From NCBI GenBank assembly GCA_000146045.2, contig BK006935.2, positions 32,001 to 96,000 of the forward strand: a stretch of 64,000 bases of DNA, given 5' to 3'. The stretch comes from TPA_inf: Saccharomyces (Eukaryota). Shown piece after piece: positions 10,881 to 22,988 of this stretch (positions are counted from its first letter, which is position 1; every line of letters starts with the position of its first letter). The notes under the pieces were generated by a model. The model did no database searches, was not told the DNA's origin, and saw only the letters and a program-made list of their open reading frames with translations. The translations under genes and the position numbers were made by a program.

Positions 10881-13022
10881 TTACAACTTGACCGAATCAA
10901 TTAGATGTCTAACAATGCCAGGGTTTGACAATGTAGAAACGTCGCCTAGTTGGTCACTTTCTCCTGCTAGGATTTTTCTTAAAATACGTCTCATAATTTT
11001 GCCGGATCTTGTCTTGGGCAAGTCATCCACTAAAATGATCAATTTTGGTGCGGCAAATGGCCCGATGTCTTTTCTAACAGTAAAGACCAAATGCTTCTTG
11101 ATATCTTGTAATTCATCATCTGTTGCGGTGGACCAACTAGATTTGTTTTTCAACACCACAAATGCAGCAACTGCTTGACCAGTCAAGTCATCGTTGAATC
11201 CGACAACAGCACACTCGGCCACAATTGGATCTTCGATAATAGCAGCCTCAATTTCAGCGGTAGACAGACGGTGACCAGAGACGTTCACCACATCGTCTAC
11301 ACGACCCAAAATCCAGATATAACCATCCTTATCCTTTGCAGCACCATCACCAGTGAAATAGTAGCCAGGGTAAGGGTTCAAATAAGTGTCTAGATACCTA
11401 TCATGATTTTTCCAAATAGTTCTTGCAAATGATGGCCATGCAGCTTTGACGGCAAGGACACCCTCTGCGTGGCTGGTGTTAAGTTCTTCACCAGTGTTAG
11501 GGTCAAGAACAACTGCATCAATACCGAAGAAGGGGAATGAGGCAGAACCCGGTTTCATTGGTGTAACACCACCAGCCAGCGGGGTGACCAGATGCGAACC
11601 AGATTCTGTTTGCCAGTAGGTGTCTACAATGGGGATTTCATTTTTACCTATTTTTTCAGAGTACCACTCCCAAACTTCAGCAGCAATTGGCTCACCGACC
11701 GAACCCAAGCAACGCAAAGATTTTAAGGAATGATTTTCGATGTAGGAATCACCAGCTCTTTTCAACAAACGCAAAGCAGTTGGCGCAACATAAAATTGGG
11801 TGACTTTGTGTTCATCAATAATATCCCAATAACGGGAGTAATTTGGGTACGCAGGAGTCCCTTCAAAGACCAAAGTGGCACAACCATATAGTAAGGGACC
11901 ATAAACCACATAAGTGTGGCCTGTAATCCAGCCAATGTCTCCAGCTGTGAAGAAAACGTCTTCTTGGTGAGTGTCAAAAGTGTAGCGCATGGTCAACAAA
12001 GCTCCCAGCAAGTAACCTGCGGTAGAATGTTGAACACCCTTGGGGGCACCAGTAGAACCAGACGTATACAACAAGAATAATGGATCCTCAGAATCAACGG
12101 GTGTGCATGGATAGTAGGTCTTGTATTTCTTCTTTTCTGTTGCCCAATCCAAATCTCTGGGGGCATGGAAAGCAACAGATGGATTGTTGGTCTTTCTATA
12201 AACCAAGACGTGTCTCACGCCTGGGGTCTCTCTTAGCGCGTCATCAACAATTCTTTTAGTCTCAATGACTTTACCACCTCTGTTGGATTCATCTGTAGTG
12301 ATGACAACTTTAGAGTCCCCATCGTTGATACGATCTCTCAAGGAGTTGGAAGAAAACCCGGCAAAGACTACGGAGTGAATGGCACCGATACGGGAAATGG
12401 CCAACAAGGTTATGATTGCTTCTGGGACCATAGGCATGTACACGGCAACAGTATCGCCCTTGCGAACGCCCATAGAGTAAGTCAGCACTTGTGCCACTTG
12501 ACAAACTTCTTCAAGTAGTTCCTTGTAGGTAATGGAATAGCCTTGGCCAGGCTCGTCACCTTCGAAAATAATGGCTTTCTTGTTAGGAGTCTTCAAGGCA
12601 TGTCTGTCAACACAGTTGTAACAGGCGTTTAATTGGCCGTTGAGGAACCATGCATTGTTCTGGAAGGAGGGCCTGCCCGTTTTAGGGTCTGGGATGAACA
12701 CCTTATCGAATGGCTTAGACCAGTTTAAAAATTGGGTAGCTTTAGAACCGAAGAACTTAGCAGGGTCTTCAATAGACTCCTTGTGCAAGCGCTGATAGTC
12801 CTGCAACCCGTCCAAGTGTGGAGAATAGTGGGTAGCAATTGCGGGCTGCAGTCTATCTGAGATGGGCCGTTGTGGCACGATCTTGACCGAAGTCAAATGT
12901 TCATACTCATGTTCCTTCTTCTGCTGCGCAGTGGCGGCAGACTGGGACATTTTTGCTTTCAACTTGTCAATTTCACTTGACTGTTCTTCTAGTTTTGATG
13001 ATTGTACGGCAGAGGGCGACAT
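10881..13022 (-). CDS. ACS1: Acetyl-CoA synthetase (glucose-repressed isoform), 713 aa
   Basis: 713-aa ORF with the AMP-binding signature [11 protein letters not shown] and C-terminal ...[12 protein letters not shown]... The N-terminus [14 protein letters not shown] matches ACS1. Confidence 0.95.
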   Translation of the reverse strand: MSPSAVQSSKLEEQSSEIDKLKAKMSQSAATAQQKKEHEYEHLTSVKIVPQRPISDRLQPAIATHYSPHLDGLQDYQRLHKESIEDPAKFFGSKATQFLNWSKPFDKVFIPDPKTGRPSFQNNAWFLNGQLNACYNCVDRHALKTPNKKAIIFEGDEPGQGYSITYKELLEEVCQVAQVLTYSMGVRKGDTVAVYMPMVPEAIITLLAISRIGAIHSVVFAGFSSNSLRDRINDGDSKVVITTDESNRGGKVIETKRIVDDALRETPGVRHVLVYRKTNNPSVAFHAPRDLDWATEKKKYKTYYPCTPVDSEDPLFLLYTSGSTGAPKGVQHSTAGYLLGALLTMRYTFDTHQEDVFFTAGDIGWITGHTYVVYGPLLYGCATLVFEGTPAYPNYSRYWDIIDEHKVTQFYVAPTALRLLKRAGDSYIENHSLKSLRCLGSVGEPIAAEVWEWYSEKIGKNEIPIVDTYWQTESGSHLVTPLAGGVTPMKPGSASFPFFGIDAVVLDPNTGEELNTSHAEGVLAVKAAWPSFARTIWKNHDRYLDTYLNPYPGYYFTGDGAAKDKDGYIWILGRVDDVVNVSGHRLSTAEIEAAIIEDPIVAECAVVGFNDDLTGQAVAAFVVLKNKSSWSTATDDELQDIKKHLVFTVRKDIGPFAAPKLIILVDDLPKTRSGKIMRRILRKILAGESDQLGDVSTLSNPGIVRHLIDSVKL

Positions 13023-13239
13023 AGCACAGTGGGCAATGTCTTTCTAGTAGTTTTGATATGTTTGGTTTTGCTTATAGATAGAAAATATAAGAACAAGATA
13101 TAACGTACTACCAGATAACCTAAGGGAGAAATATGCTTAGAATAGCCGCCCAGTTTATATACAAAATGAAGGGAGAACTATTTGCCACCGAGGAACTGTA
13201 CCCCAACTGCAATACCCATTGAATAATGGCATCGGAGGC

Positions 13240-13248
13240 TCGGCGGCA
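13240..13248 (+). promoter_or_regulatory. ACS1: URS1-like (Ume6) element TCGGCGGCA, about -220 from ACS1
   Basis: Matches the URS1 core TCGGCGGCT in 8 of 9 positions. Confidence 0.4.
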
Positions 13249-13436
13249 ATTCGTACCCCAACCTTTTTTTTTTACTTTTCTTTGGATCTTAGAGATAACA
13301 GAAAAAAAGGATGACCCCAATCATTTGCCACGGCATGTCAACAGGTGAGTGCCTTTTGAGGGGGGGGGGTCATCTCGACATCCGGCGAAATGGAGCAGTC
13401 ACACGTGAACATTTTTAGGGGATGGAGAGTGCTACG

Positions 13437-13447
13437 CCGTTCGTCCG
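13437..13447 (+). promoter_or_regulatory. ACS1: Carbon-source-responsive element (CSRE) in the ACS1 promoter, about -420
   Basis: CCGTTCGTCCG is a perfect match to the CSRE consensus CCRTYSRNCCG (Cat8/Sip4 site). Confidence 0.55.
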
Positions 13448-13634
13448 AGATGATTATCATATTTACACAGCCGTACATACACGTGCCATTTATCTTGATA
13501 TCATTCTGGACGTATGTGCACATGTGATTTGCTTTTGTTTTTTTAAGAATGTCGGGTAATAAACAGATTGTTTTTCTGGGAGGATAATCTTTTCTTTTTT
13601 CCTGTTGGTATTCTAAAATTAACCTTGCTGTTTC

Positions 13635-13650
13635 TTTTTTTTTTTTTTTT
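13635..13650 (+). repeat. Poly(dT) tract, T16, in the ACS1/FLC2 divergent promoter
   Basis: Homopolymer T16. Confidence 0.9.
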
Positions 13651-13898
13651 CGCGCGACTACTCAGCCATCTTGCATTTTTAAAGAAAAAGATAATCATTA
13701 ATGCCTTCACGGGAATACGTATAGAACATTATTAAAAGTATATGAATGGCATATATATATAGAACACCACCCTTGGAAAACATTTATACCCCTTAAACTA
13801 AAACAATTTGCTGCGCTATACCGTGTTTCAGTGTATTATAATACATTCATTTCTGTTTCATTACGATTATATTGACGTGATAAAAAGATTATATAGCC

Positions 13899-16250
13899 AT
13901 GATCTTCCTAAACACCTTCGCAAGGTGCCTTTTAACGTGTTTCGTACTGTGCAGCGGTACAGCACGTTCCTCTGACACAAACGACACTACTCCGGCGTCT
14001 GCAAAGCATTTGCAGACCACTTCTTTATTGACGTGTATGGACAATTCGCAATTAACGGCATCATTCTTTGATGTGAAATTTTACCCCGATAATAATACTG
14101 TTATCTTTGATATTGACGCTACGACGACGCTTAATGGGAACGTCACTGTGAAGGCTGAGCTGCTTACTTACGGACTGAAAGTCCTGGATAAGACTTTTGA
14201 TTTATGTTCCTTGGGCCAAGTATCGCTTTGCCCCCTAAGTGCTGGGCGTATTGATGTCATGTCCACACAGGTGATCGAATCATCCATTACCAAGCAATTT
14301 CCCGGCATTGCTTACACCATTCCAGATTTGGACGCACAAGTACGTGTGGTGGCATACGCTCAGAATGACACGGAATTCGAAACTCCGCTGGCTTGTGTCC
14401 AGGCTATCTTGAGTAACGGGAAGACAGTGCAAACAAAGTATGCGGCCTGGCCCATTGCCGCTATCTCAGGTGTCGGTGTACTTACCTCAGGGTTTGTGTC
14501 TGTGATCGGTTACTCAGCCACTGCTGCTCACATTGCGTCCAACTCCATCTCATTGTTCATATACTTCCAAAATCTAGCTATCACTGCAATGATGGGTGTC
14601 TCAAGGGTTCCACCCATTGCTGCCGCGTGGACGCAGAATTTCCAATGGTCCATGGGTATCATCAATACAAACTTCATGCAAAAGATTTTTGATTGGTACG
14701 TACAGGCCACTAATGGTGTCTCAAATGTTGTGGTAGCTAACAAGGACGTCTTGTCCATTAGTGTGCAAAAACGTGCTATCTCTATGGCATCGTCTAGTGA
14801 TTACAATTTTGACACCATTTTAGACGATTCGAATCTGTACACCACTTCTGAGAAGGATCCAAGCAATTACTCAGCCAAGATTCTCGTGTTAAGAGGTATA
14901 GAAAGAGTTGCTTATTTGGCTAATATTGAGCTATCTAATTTCTTTTTGACCGGTATTGTGTTTTTTCTATTCTTCCTATTTGTAGTTGTCGTCTCTTTGA
15001 TTTTCTTTAAGGCGCTATTGGAAGTTCTTACAAGAGCAAGAATATTGAAAGAGACTTCCAATTTCTTCCAATATAGGAAGAACTGGGGGAGTATTATCAA
15101 AGGCACCCTTTTCAGATTATCTATCATCGCCTTCCCTCAAGTTTCTCTTCTGGCGATTTGGGAATTTACTCAGGTCAACTCTCCAGCGATTGTTGTTGAT
15201 GCGGTAGTAATATTACTGATCATCACGGGACTTCTGGTTTATGGAACTATAAGGGTTTTCATCAAGGGAAGAGAGTCTCTCAGATTATACAAGAATCCTG
15301 CGTACCTACTTTACAGTGATACCTACTTCTTGAACAAGTTTGGGTTCTTATACGTTCAATTCAAAGCAGATAAGTTTTGGTGGCTTTTACCCTTATTAAG
15401 TTATGCGTTCTTAAGATCCCTGTTTGTTGCCGTTTTACAAAACCAAGGTAAGGCTCAAGCAATGATCATCTTTGTCATTGAACTAGCTTACTTCGTTTGT
15501 CTCTGTTGGATAAGACCATATTTGGACAAGAGAACTAATGTTTTCAATATTGCTATTCATTTGGTGAATTTGATCAATGCATTTTTCTTTTTGTTTTTCA
15601 GTAATTTGTTCAAGCAACCAGCAGTGGTTTCGTCAGTGATGGCGGTTATTCTGTTCGTTTTGAACGCGGTGTTTGCTCTATTCCTATTATTGTTCACTAT
15701 TGTCACCTGTACACTGGCATTACTACACAGAAACCCAGATGTCCGTTACCAACCAATGAAAGATGACCGTGTGTCATTCATTCCTAAGATTCAAAATGAT
15801 TTCGATGGCAAAAACAAAAATGATTCTGAACTGTTTGAATTGAGAAAAGCTGTTATGGACACCAATGAAAATGAGGAAGAAAAAATGTTCCGTGACGACA
15901 CTTTCGGCAAGAACCTGAATGCAAACACAAATACAGCAAGACTCTTTGATGATGAGACTAGTTCATCCTCTTTTAAGCAAAATTCCTCTCCCTTCGATGC
16001 CTCGGAAGTAACGGAGCAACCTGTGCAACCAACCTCCGCTGTCATGGGTACGGGTGGCAGCTTCTTGTCTCCACAGTACCAACGTGCGTCATCTGCTTCT
16101 CGTACTAATCTAGCGCCGAATAATACAAGCACCTCCAGTTTAATGAAGCCTGAATCAAGTCTCTACCTGGGGAATTCCAATAAATCATATTCGCATTTTA
16201 ACAACAACGGCAGCAACGAAAACGCCCGCAACAACAACCCATATTTGTAA
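13899..16250 (+). CDS. FLC2: Multi-pass membrane protein, TRP-like / flavin-carrier family, 783 aa
   Basis: Signal peptide, many transmembrane segments and an N/S-rich C-terminal tail. 783 aa, matching FLC2. Confidence 0.9.
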   Translation: MIFLNTFARCLLTCFVLCSGTARSSDTNDTTPASAKHLQTTSLLTCMDNSQLTASFFDVKFYPDNNTVIFDIDATTTLNGNVTVKAELLTYGLKVLDKTFDLCSLGQVSLCPLSAGRIDVMSTQVIESSITKQFPGIAYTIPDLDAQVRVVAYAQNDTEFETPLACVQAILSNGKTVQTKYAAWPIAAISGVGVLTSGFVSVIGYSATAAHIASNSISLFIYFQNLAITAMMGVSRVPPIAAAWTQNFQWSMGIINTNFMQKIFDWYVQATNGVSNVVVANKDVLSISVQKRAISMASSSDYNFDTILDDSNLYTTSEKDPSNYSAKILVLRGIERVAYLANIELSNFFLTGIVFFLFFLFVVVVSLIFFKALLEVLTRARILKETSNFFQYRKNWGSIIKGTLFRLSIIAFPQVSLLAIWEFTQVNSPAIVVDAVVILLIITGLLVYGTIRVFIKGRESLRLYKNPAYLLYSDTYFLNKFGFLYVQFKADKFWWLLPLLSYAFLRSLFVAVLQNQGKAQAMIIFVIELAYFVCLCWIRPYLDKRTNVFNIAIHLVNLINAFFFLFFSNLFKQPAVVSSVMAVILFVLNAVFALFLLLFTIVTCTLALLHRNPDVRYQPMKDDRVSFIPKIQNDFDGKNKNDSELFELRKAVMDTNENEEEKMFRDDTFGKNLNANTNTARLFDDETSSSSFKQNSSPFDASEVTEQPVQPTSAVMGTGGSFLSPQYQRASSASRTNLAPNNTSTSSLMKPESSLYLGNSNKSYSHFNNNGSNENARNNNPYL

Positions 16251-16563
16251 TCCAATATATACTCACATGTAACAACTTATTATATAAATATTTAAGGGCA
16301 AGGATATCCTACATTATATTTCATAGAAAACCGCTCAAAAAGGTGTATTATCTCCATTACATCCCAACACCACACATATTTCAGCGATAAAAACCTTAAA
16401 TGTGAAATTCGCTTTGGCTCTGCTTCCTTAAATGTACGCAATTGCCGCTTTTTTCTGACATCTTTTTTGACGTGTAGAGAAGGAAACAGATCCTCCAGAA
16501 GGGATTTACTGTTGGCTATTTTGTGTTAGAAGCAGGTTAATAATAGATTAGGTTGCGTAAGTC

Positions 16564-19500
16564 ATGGTCGAAAATAGTACGCAGAAGGCCCCACATGCCG
16601 GAAATGATGATAATAGCTCTACCAAGCCATATTCGGAGGCGTTTTTCTTAGGGTTCAATAACCCAACGCCTGGATTAGAAGCTGAGCACTCAAGCACATC
16701 GCCTGCCCCCGAGAACTCCGAAACACATAATAGGAAAAGAAATAGAATATTGTTTGTCTGCCAGGCTTGTAGGAAGTCAAAAACAAAGTGTGATAGAGAA
16801 AAACCTGAATGTGGTCGATGCGTCAAGCATGGGTTAAAATGTGTTTATGACGTATCAAAACAGCCAGCACCACGAATTCCGAGTAAAGACGCCATTATAT
16901 CAAGGTTGGAAAAAGATATGTTTTATTGGAAAGATAAAGCTATGAAGCTACTAACAGAGAGAGAGGTGAATGAATCAGGCAAGAGATCAGCAAGTCCGAT
17001 CAATACAAACAATGCTAGCGGGGACAGTCCTGATACCAAGAAGCAGCATAAAATGGAACCTATATATGAACAAAGTGGTAACGGGGATATAAACAATGGT
17101 ACCAGAAATGATATTGAAATCAACTTGTATAGAAGTCATCCAACCATGATCATGAGTAAAGTCATGAAAAGAGAAGTTAAGCCGTTATCTGAAAATTATA
17201 TTATAATTCAGGACTGTTTTCTAAAAATCCTGGTCACTTCAGTGTTCCTTGACACTTCAAAGAACACGATGATACCGGCATTGACGGCAAACGCGAATAT
17301 TACAAGAGCCCAGCCTAGCGTAGCAAATAACCTTTTGAAATTGAAGGAAATGCTAATCAGACAGTGTCAAACCGAAGATGAAAAAAATCGTGTAAACGAA
17401 TTCACTGATAGAATACTACAAAATACAAATTCAAATAGAAACTTGAAAATCGGTATGCTATTATCAATGCTTTACAATTCTGTCGGTTACCAATATCTGG
17501 AGGATCATTGCCCTCAAGGTGGCGAATATTCGGATTTATTGAGAAATTTGATCAATGAATGTGAAGCTATTTTGCCATCTTACGAAATTATTGAACGCTA
17601 CAAGAACCACTTTTATGAGTACGTTTATCCAAGTCTACCTTTCATCGAATTAGAAATTTTTGAAGAATCATTAAGTCAAACAATTTTTCCGGACCCAAAC
17701 AACCCCTCCAAGGTGCAAATACGTATGGGTAGCACACATTTGAGAGCTAAGGTGGAAAACTTGAGTCTTCTATTGGTTATCTTGAAACTCTCATACATGT
17801 CAATAAGGTTTTTAGATCATAGTACAGCAGACTCGAGTTTTTATCTTTCAAAGGAAATAATTGATAAATACCCAATACCGAACGATTTTATTTTATTGAG
17901 TCAAAGATGTCTAGCATCGGAAAATTGGTGTGCATGCGCTAATGAAAACATCATATCATGTTTACTATATATCTGGTCTTTTTTTGCTTTTTCTCCTGAA
18001 GAGGGTGATTTCTTTCTCGAGCACCCCACCGATGTTATCAGTAGTTTGATAATGATGCTTTCCACCTCGATTGGTCTCCACAGAGATCCTTCAGATTTCC
18101 CTCAATTGATTTCCCCGTCCACCTCAGATAAAAGAACCTTGAATCACAGAAGAATACTCTGGTTGAGTATCGTTACCGTTTGTTCGTTTGAAGCAAGTCT
18201 CAAAGGTAGACATTCTGTCTCACCGATATCTTTAATGGCCTTATTCCTAAATATTAAGGATCCTGATTCTCTGACGGTATATATGAACCGAGTTAGGGGC
18301 GATCTAAGCGATATCAATAATCACAAACTTTTGAGAATTCATAAATTTACATTCAAGAGAGCCCAGCTTGCGTTACTCCTGTCGGACTTAGATAACTTGA
18401 CGATGACATACTATGGTAGTTTCCATTTGCATTCAATTGAATTCATAAGAGAAAAGATTGAGATTTTTGTGGAGGAAAACTTTCCCATAGTACCATTAAA
18501 AAGTGTCGCACAGGATAAGTCAGACCTTGATGACATGAATGTGATTTCAGAAATGAATATATTATCTTCAGAAAATTCTTCTTCATTTCACAATCGAATA
18601 ATGAATAAACTATTGATGTTGAGAACTTCAATGGCCGTATTCTTGCATTTTGAAACACTTATCACTAAGGATAAAAGTATCTTCCCATTCTACAAGAAAT
18701 ACTTTATGGTTAGCTGTATGGATGCGTTGTCACTAATAAATTATTTCAATAAGTTTTTCAACGGAGAATATCGACACGCAATATCTTCTTTAACCAGTTT
18801 TAATGTTACAAAATTTATTCAGTTAGCACTATCCAGCACAATCTTCAGCCTATTAGGGATTATACTAAGAATAGGTTTAGCCATCCATATGTTATCTTCT
18901 GAAGTACAAAAGTTATCGGGAACGACAGATCCAAGAATAAAGGAGTTAAATACCAAAGTCGAAAAATTTAGTACCCTGCAAAGAGATCTCGAGTCTGCTT
19001 TAGAAGGTATATATTGCTCTGCTTCGGAACATTTAAGATTCACATACTTCCCCGTTTTTAAGATGTTGGCTTTATTCGATGTCATTGTACAAAGGATGAG
19101 AAAGGGTGAATTATGGCACGGCATATTTACGATGATTCAAATGGAACAAATGCATTCTAGGATAATCAAGACATTAAGCATTACCTTAGGAGTCAAACTG
19201 GACAAAAAGGATAGGCTATTAGAGGAATTGATGGCATGCAATCACGTTGCGAATTTTAGCGTTGAAGATATAGATGAGCTGAACCGTAATATCAAAAAAG
19301 AGATTCAAATTTCTTCAGGATTGAAGCCGCCTGTAAACACAATTGACTTAACCAACGGCGAACCATTCGGAAATGCTGTTCCTACCTTCACAAAGACATG
19401 GAGTTCATCCTTAGATAATTTAGAAAAACTATCATCGGCCGCTGCAGTTGGTCAGAGCTTGGACTACAACAGTGGTTTACGTCAGGGTCCTTTGGCGGGT

Positions 19501-19707
19501 GGTGGTTCAAAAGAGCAAACGCCAATAGCCGGGATGAATAACTTGAACAATTCAATCAATGCTACACCAATTGTCGATAACTCATCTGGATCACAACTTC
19601 CTAATGGTTTCGATAGAGGCCAAGCGAATAATACTCCTTTTCCAGGTTATTTTGGAGGTTTGGATTTATTTGATTATGACTTTTTGTTTGGCAATGACTT
19701 TGCTTAA
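16564..19707 (+). CDS. OAF1: Zn2Cys6 oleate-activated transcription factor, 1047 aa
   Basis: Zn(II)2Cys6 cluster CQACRKSKTKCDREKPECGRCVKHGLKC near the N-terminus. 1047 aa. Confidence 0.93.
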   Translation: MVENSTQKAPHAGNDDNSSTKPYSEAFFLGFNNPTPGLEAEHSSTSPAPENSETHNRKRNRILFVCQACRKSKTKCDREKPECGRCVKHGLKCVYDVSKQPAPRIPSKDAIISRLEKDMFYWKDKAMKLLTEREVNESGKRSASPINTNNASGDSPDTKKQHKMEPIYEQSGNGDINNGTRNDIEINLYRSHPTMIMSKVMKREVKPLSENYIIIQDCFLKILVTSVFLDTSKNTMIPALTANANITRAQPSVANNLLKLKEMLIRQCQTEDEKNRVNEFTDRILQNTNSNRNLKIGMLLSMLYNSVGYQYLEDHCPQGGEYSDLLRNLINECEAILPSYEIIERYKNHFYEYVYPSLPFIELEIFEESLSQTIFPDPNNPSKVQIRMGSTHLRAKVENLSLLLVILKLSYMSIRFLDHSTADSSFYLSKEIIDKYPIPNDFILLSQRCLASENWCACANENIISCLLYIWSFFAFSPEEGDFFLEHPTDVISSLIMMLSTSIGLHRDPSDFPQLISPSTSDKRTLNHRRILWLSIVTVCSFEASLKGRHSVSPISLMALFLNIKDPDSLTVYMNRVRGDLSDINNHKLLRIHKFTFKRAQLALLLSDLDNLTMTYYGSFHLHSIEFIREKIEIFVEENFPIVPLKSVAQDKSDLDDMNVISEMNILSSENSSSFHNRIMNKLLMLRTSMAVFLHFETLITKDKSIFPFYKKYFMVSCMDALSLINYFNKFFNGEYRHAISSLTSFNVTKFIQLALSSTIFSLLGIILRIGLAIHMLSSEVQKLSGTTDPRIKELNTKVEKFSTLQRDLESALEGIYCSASEHLRFTYFPVFKMLALFDVIVQRMRKGELWHGIFTMIQMEQMHSRIIKTLSITLGVKLDKKDRLLEELMACNHVANFSVEDIDELNRNIKKEIQISSGLKPPVNTIDLTNGEPFGNAVPTFTKTWSSSLDNLEKLSSAAAVGQSLDYNSGLRQGPLAGGGSKEQTPIAGMNNLNNSINATPIVDNSSGSQLPNGFDRGQANNTPFPGYFGGLDLFDYDFLFGNDFA

Positions 19708-19854
19708 AAATTTTCTTTCCAAACTCCTACCTATTCATTTCATCAATTAATTAATATTATATAGCCACGAATTTATGAAACTGACCGATAATATAAAGTG
19801 CTCAATATATATATATATGTATATAACGGTTAACGTAAGAAGAGCTCTTCCCTC

Positions 19855-20595
19855 TTAAACATTCGAAAAATGATTGAACCAGTATATTTGGTCGAGCAAG
19901 ACTTTCTCCTTCGCATATTTTACGGCAGGTATGGATATATCGCCTCTTGCTGCAAACCCGTGAGCCACACCACTGAAGAGGTCTAACTGGTAAGTAGCGT
20001 GATTATCCTTTAATTTTTCCTCCGTTAAGTGTCTTAAGTTTGCCGGAAAGATGTGATCCTCTTCCGCTGCTGAAATCAATATTGGTTTCTTGCTATCAAT
20101 TGCTTCAATTTCCTCGATGCTGACGAAAGATGGATGTGCAATGGCTGCAGCATTGGCAAGACCCCCGTCGCCACTAATGTGTTGGACGGCAAACTTTGCA
20201 CCAAAACAGTAACCCACAACGCCAATAAACTTTGGGTCATATTCAAGTTTTAACAACTTCATGAATCCATCAACAATTTTCTTGGTGACTTCAGGAGAAT
20301 GTCTTTGAAACCAGGCATCACGATCAATTGGTTTGTCCGATGAGATAGCATCGCCGAATAAAATATCGGGAACAAAGACCATGTACCCAGCACTAGCAAA
20401 TTTGTCGGCCGTTAATAAAACATTGTTGAATTTATTGCCATACACATCTGTCAAGATAACTATAACTTTTTCCTTGGGAGATGTAGAGCCTGCTGCATAA
20501 GTATCTAAACCGAAGATTTCTTCACGACGACCCTTGGGTGTTCCATCGTGACAAACTCCTTCAAAGCAACACTTGCCAGGTTGATTAGATGCCAT
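19855..20595 (-). CDS. AIM2: Dienelactone-hydrolase-family protein, 246 aa
   Basis: 246-aa [25 protein letters not shown]... with the DLH-family nucleophile motif GYCFGAKF. Confidence 0.9.
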
Positions 20596-20800
20596 TTGAT
20601 TGAAATAATTTTGTTCTGCTGTAGTTAGACGTAGTGGAAAACTTTAAGTCTACTGAGTCTTGAGACCTTATCACCCTTTGAAGGTTTCTTGCAAATGAGC
20701 GTGGTTTGGCATTTTTTATCGGAAAGAAAAAAAGGGCTCCGCCTTAGGCCAGATATCATAGAAATGCAACACTTCCCTAATATAGAAATTTGGGCATTAA

Positions 20801-22789
20801 TTATTTTGAGAATTTTGATGATTTGAATAATTTCATTAACGTAAAGGAACATAGTGCTACGAATCCAACAGTGGACCCAAAAATGAGAGCCGTTTGTCTG
20901 TAGTCGACATCTTTTGCTGCTGTTTCTTCTGGCAATCCCGGAGTGTTTTTGCCAGGATCAAGAGCAGCTTCTGTGATTTTAATAAACAATTCATTAAGGG
21001 AACTTAGCCATCTGGATGATATGTGCAGTGGGTGGTTCACAAATAGCTCGTCTGCCAGTTCATCTGGTTGGATTTGACACCTTTGTTGCTGCTTATCCAA
21101 ATCTGCCTTAGAAGCTACAAATACCAACGGTAGATCTTGTAAATGTGTGAATTTGTCTAGAAGCGAAACTAAGTAGGAGAATGATTCTGGGTCGCTGGAA
21201 TCGTATGTTAGACAGATTACGTCACATTCTTTTAACTTATCCTTATTCTCTAGTATGGCGTATTCCTGTTCTCCAAGTTCTTGCAAAATCAAATAGTACT
21301 GTTTCCCACCTTTGAGTTCTAAACTATTGACTGCAATTCTTGGTTTGATTGTCGGAGAATACTCCTCCGAGAAAGATCTGCCCAAGAAGGCCTCTAGCAA
21401 AGAGCTTTTGCCGCAACATGGCTTTCCAATGACAAAGCAATTGAACACTTTTCTGTCATTGATATTGGATCTGTAAAGTTTCCCGGAACGGCGTCTCATT
21501 TTCCTTGGCTTGGTTACTTGTAGGGCTAGTCTTGCATCTTCCTGAAAGCCAAAATACACCAAGTAAGCGGTAGTTGTGCTATAGTTCAAGAAAGTCGTCA
21601 TACTCCATTGTGCTAGCCAGCCTTGTAAGGTGATGCAACCCTTGTTGTTTACGACAGTGGAGAAGGGGAAATTCGTTGAGGTCCATAGTTTAGGCAGCCC
21701 TGGTGTGCACTTAAATAGACGATGTAATTCTTGATTATTCAAACCACCATCATTGTCGATATCAAACTTCAAAAAAATATCTACAAGAAATCTGTAGCCC
21801 TTGGGGCTCAATTCCACACTGGAAGTGTCAGGGACAACCAACCTCGGATGGAGAATTTTGTCATTAATACACAAGGAATCTGTGTAATGGAAAGTTCTTA
21901 GGATAGCCCATGTAGTTTCGTGTCTCCCCCTTTCAGCGTATATTTTGTTCAGTACAAGGAAACCATCTTTGGTGATGCCTTTTCCCGGTACGTATAGCTT
22001 GCGGTTAATGTACTCTTGATCGTGCTTGGAAATATCCAAAAGCAAATCTTTAATAAAATTCAGTTCGTTTACATCGATACTCTTATTGAAGCACTTTTTT
22101 TGTAAGCCCAAGATTTCGTTGTCATCTAAATATGAGTCCTGGTTTAAATCGCTTAAAAGAAAAATTCTTTTTAAAGCCATGACAGCCAATGGCTTTAGTT
22201 CACCTACCATGGCATCAAATAAAGGTGATATTGGGTGTGTTATAGCCCTTTGGCAAAGATAAAACGCTTGGTTAAGATCAAACTGTGTCTTGGCACTTGT
22301 CTTAATGCAAGTGTCGATTTCTTTAAACTCCATTAATATTGGGATAAATTCTTCATCCTCCACTTTGGTATCGATATCATCATCACTGTTCTCTGACACG
22401 ACCATTGCATTGGCATTAACATTCGATATGGAATCACATTTATTTTTGCAGAGAATGACAGGAATATTCAACCCCAGGGATCTGAAATGAGGCAACCAAA
22501 AGAGAGAAACATGGTCATACGATTCGTGATCGCAATACACAAGCCAAATTACGTCGGCGGACTTCAACTCATGGTCTAAAGCTATGAGGTCCGAATCTGA
22601 AGTGTCTATAAGTACTGTATTCTTAGGAGAATATGTAGGTGATGATGAGAAATCTCTTGGGATACTGATGGGTGGCAGCACGTCCTGTATGGTCGGTATG
22701 AATTCAGCTTTTGTTAATGATACAATCAGACTGGATTTACCAACCCCTTCATCACCGCAAATAACTACCCGAATCGTTTCTTTAGTCAT
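20801..22789 (-). CDS. GEM1: Mitochondrial outer-membrane Miro GTPase, 662 aa
   Basis: Two GTPase P-loops (GDEGVGKSS and GKPCCGKSS) flank EF-hand regions, with a C-terminal transmembrane anchor. The ORF caller's 686-aa call starts 24 codons upstream; the recognised protein starts MTKETIRVV, where a CAT is present at 22787-22789 on the + strand. Confidence 0.9.
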   Translation of the reverse strand: MTKETIRVVICGDEGVGKSSLIVSLTKAEFIPTIQDVLPPISIPRDFSSSPTYSPKNTVLIDTSDSDLIALDHELKSADVIWLVYCDHESYDHVSLFWLPHFRSLGLNIPVILCKNKCDSISNVNANAMVVSENSDDDIDTKVEDEEFIPILMEFKEIDTCIKTSAKTQFDLNQAFYLCQRAITHPISPLFDAMVGELKPLAVMALKRIFLLSDLNQDSYLDDNEILGLQKKCFNKSIDVNELNFIKDLLLDISKHDQEYINRKLYVPGKGITKDGFLVLNKIYAERGRHETTWAILRTFHYTDSLCINDKILHPRLVVPDTSSVELSPKGYRFLVDIFLKFDIDNDGGLNNQELHRLFKCTPGLPKLWTSTNFPFSTVVNNKGCITLQGWLAQWSMTTFLNYSTTTAYLVYFGFQEDARLALQVTKPRKMRRRSGKLYRSNINDRKVFNCFVIGKPCCGKSSLLEAFLGRSFSEEYSPTIKPRIAVNSLELKGGKQYYLILQELGEQEYAILENKDKLKECDVICLTYDSSDPESFSYLVSLLDKFTHLQDLPLVFVASKADLDKQQQRCQIQPDELADELFVNHPLHISSRWLSSLNELFIKITEAALDPGKNTPGLPEETAAKDVDYRQTALIFGSTVGFVALCSFTLMKLFKSSKFSK

Positions 22790-22988
22790 TGTGTTGTTCA
22801 ACACATTAGTATTTAGAAGTCCGCTATTTTTGTTTTCAATTTTTATTTGTTTAATATACAAATTTCATTCTTGTTTTGAGGGTAAACCACTATACCAAAT
22901 GTTGAAGATCTAAAGGTATCGATCAAATATGTTGCTAGAGAGTGACTGAGTGTTACATTAAATATATTTATATATAAACGTATGATAT

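Noticed and set aside
22790-22861. Upstream 24-codon extension of GEM1 (track start [12 protein letters not shown]...)
   Set aside because: The recognised protein begins at MTKETIRVV, immediately before the first GTPase P-loop; I kept the shorter model but flagged the in-frame upstream ATG in the findings.
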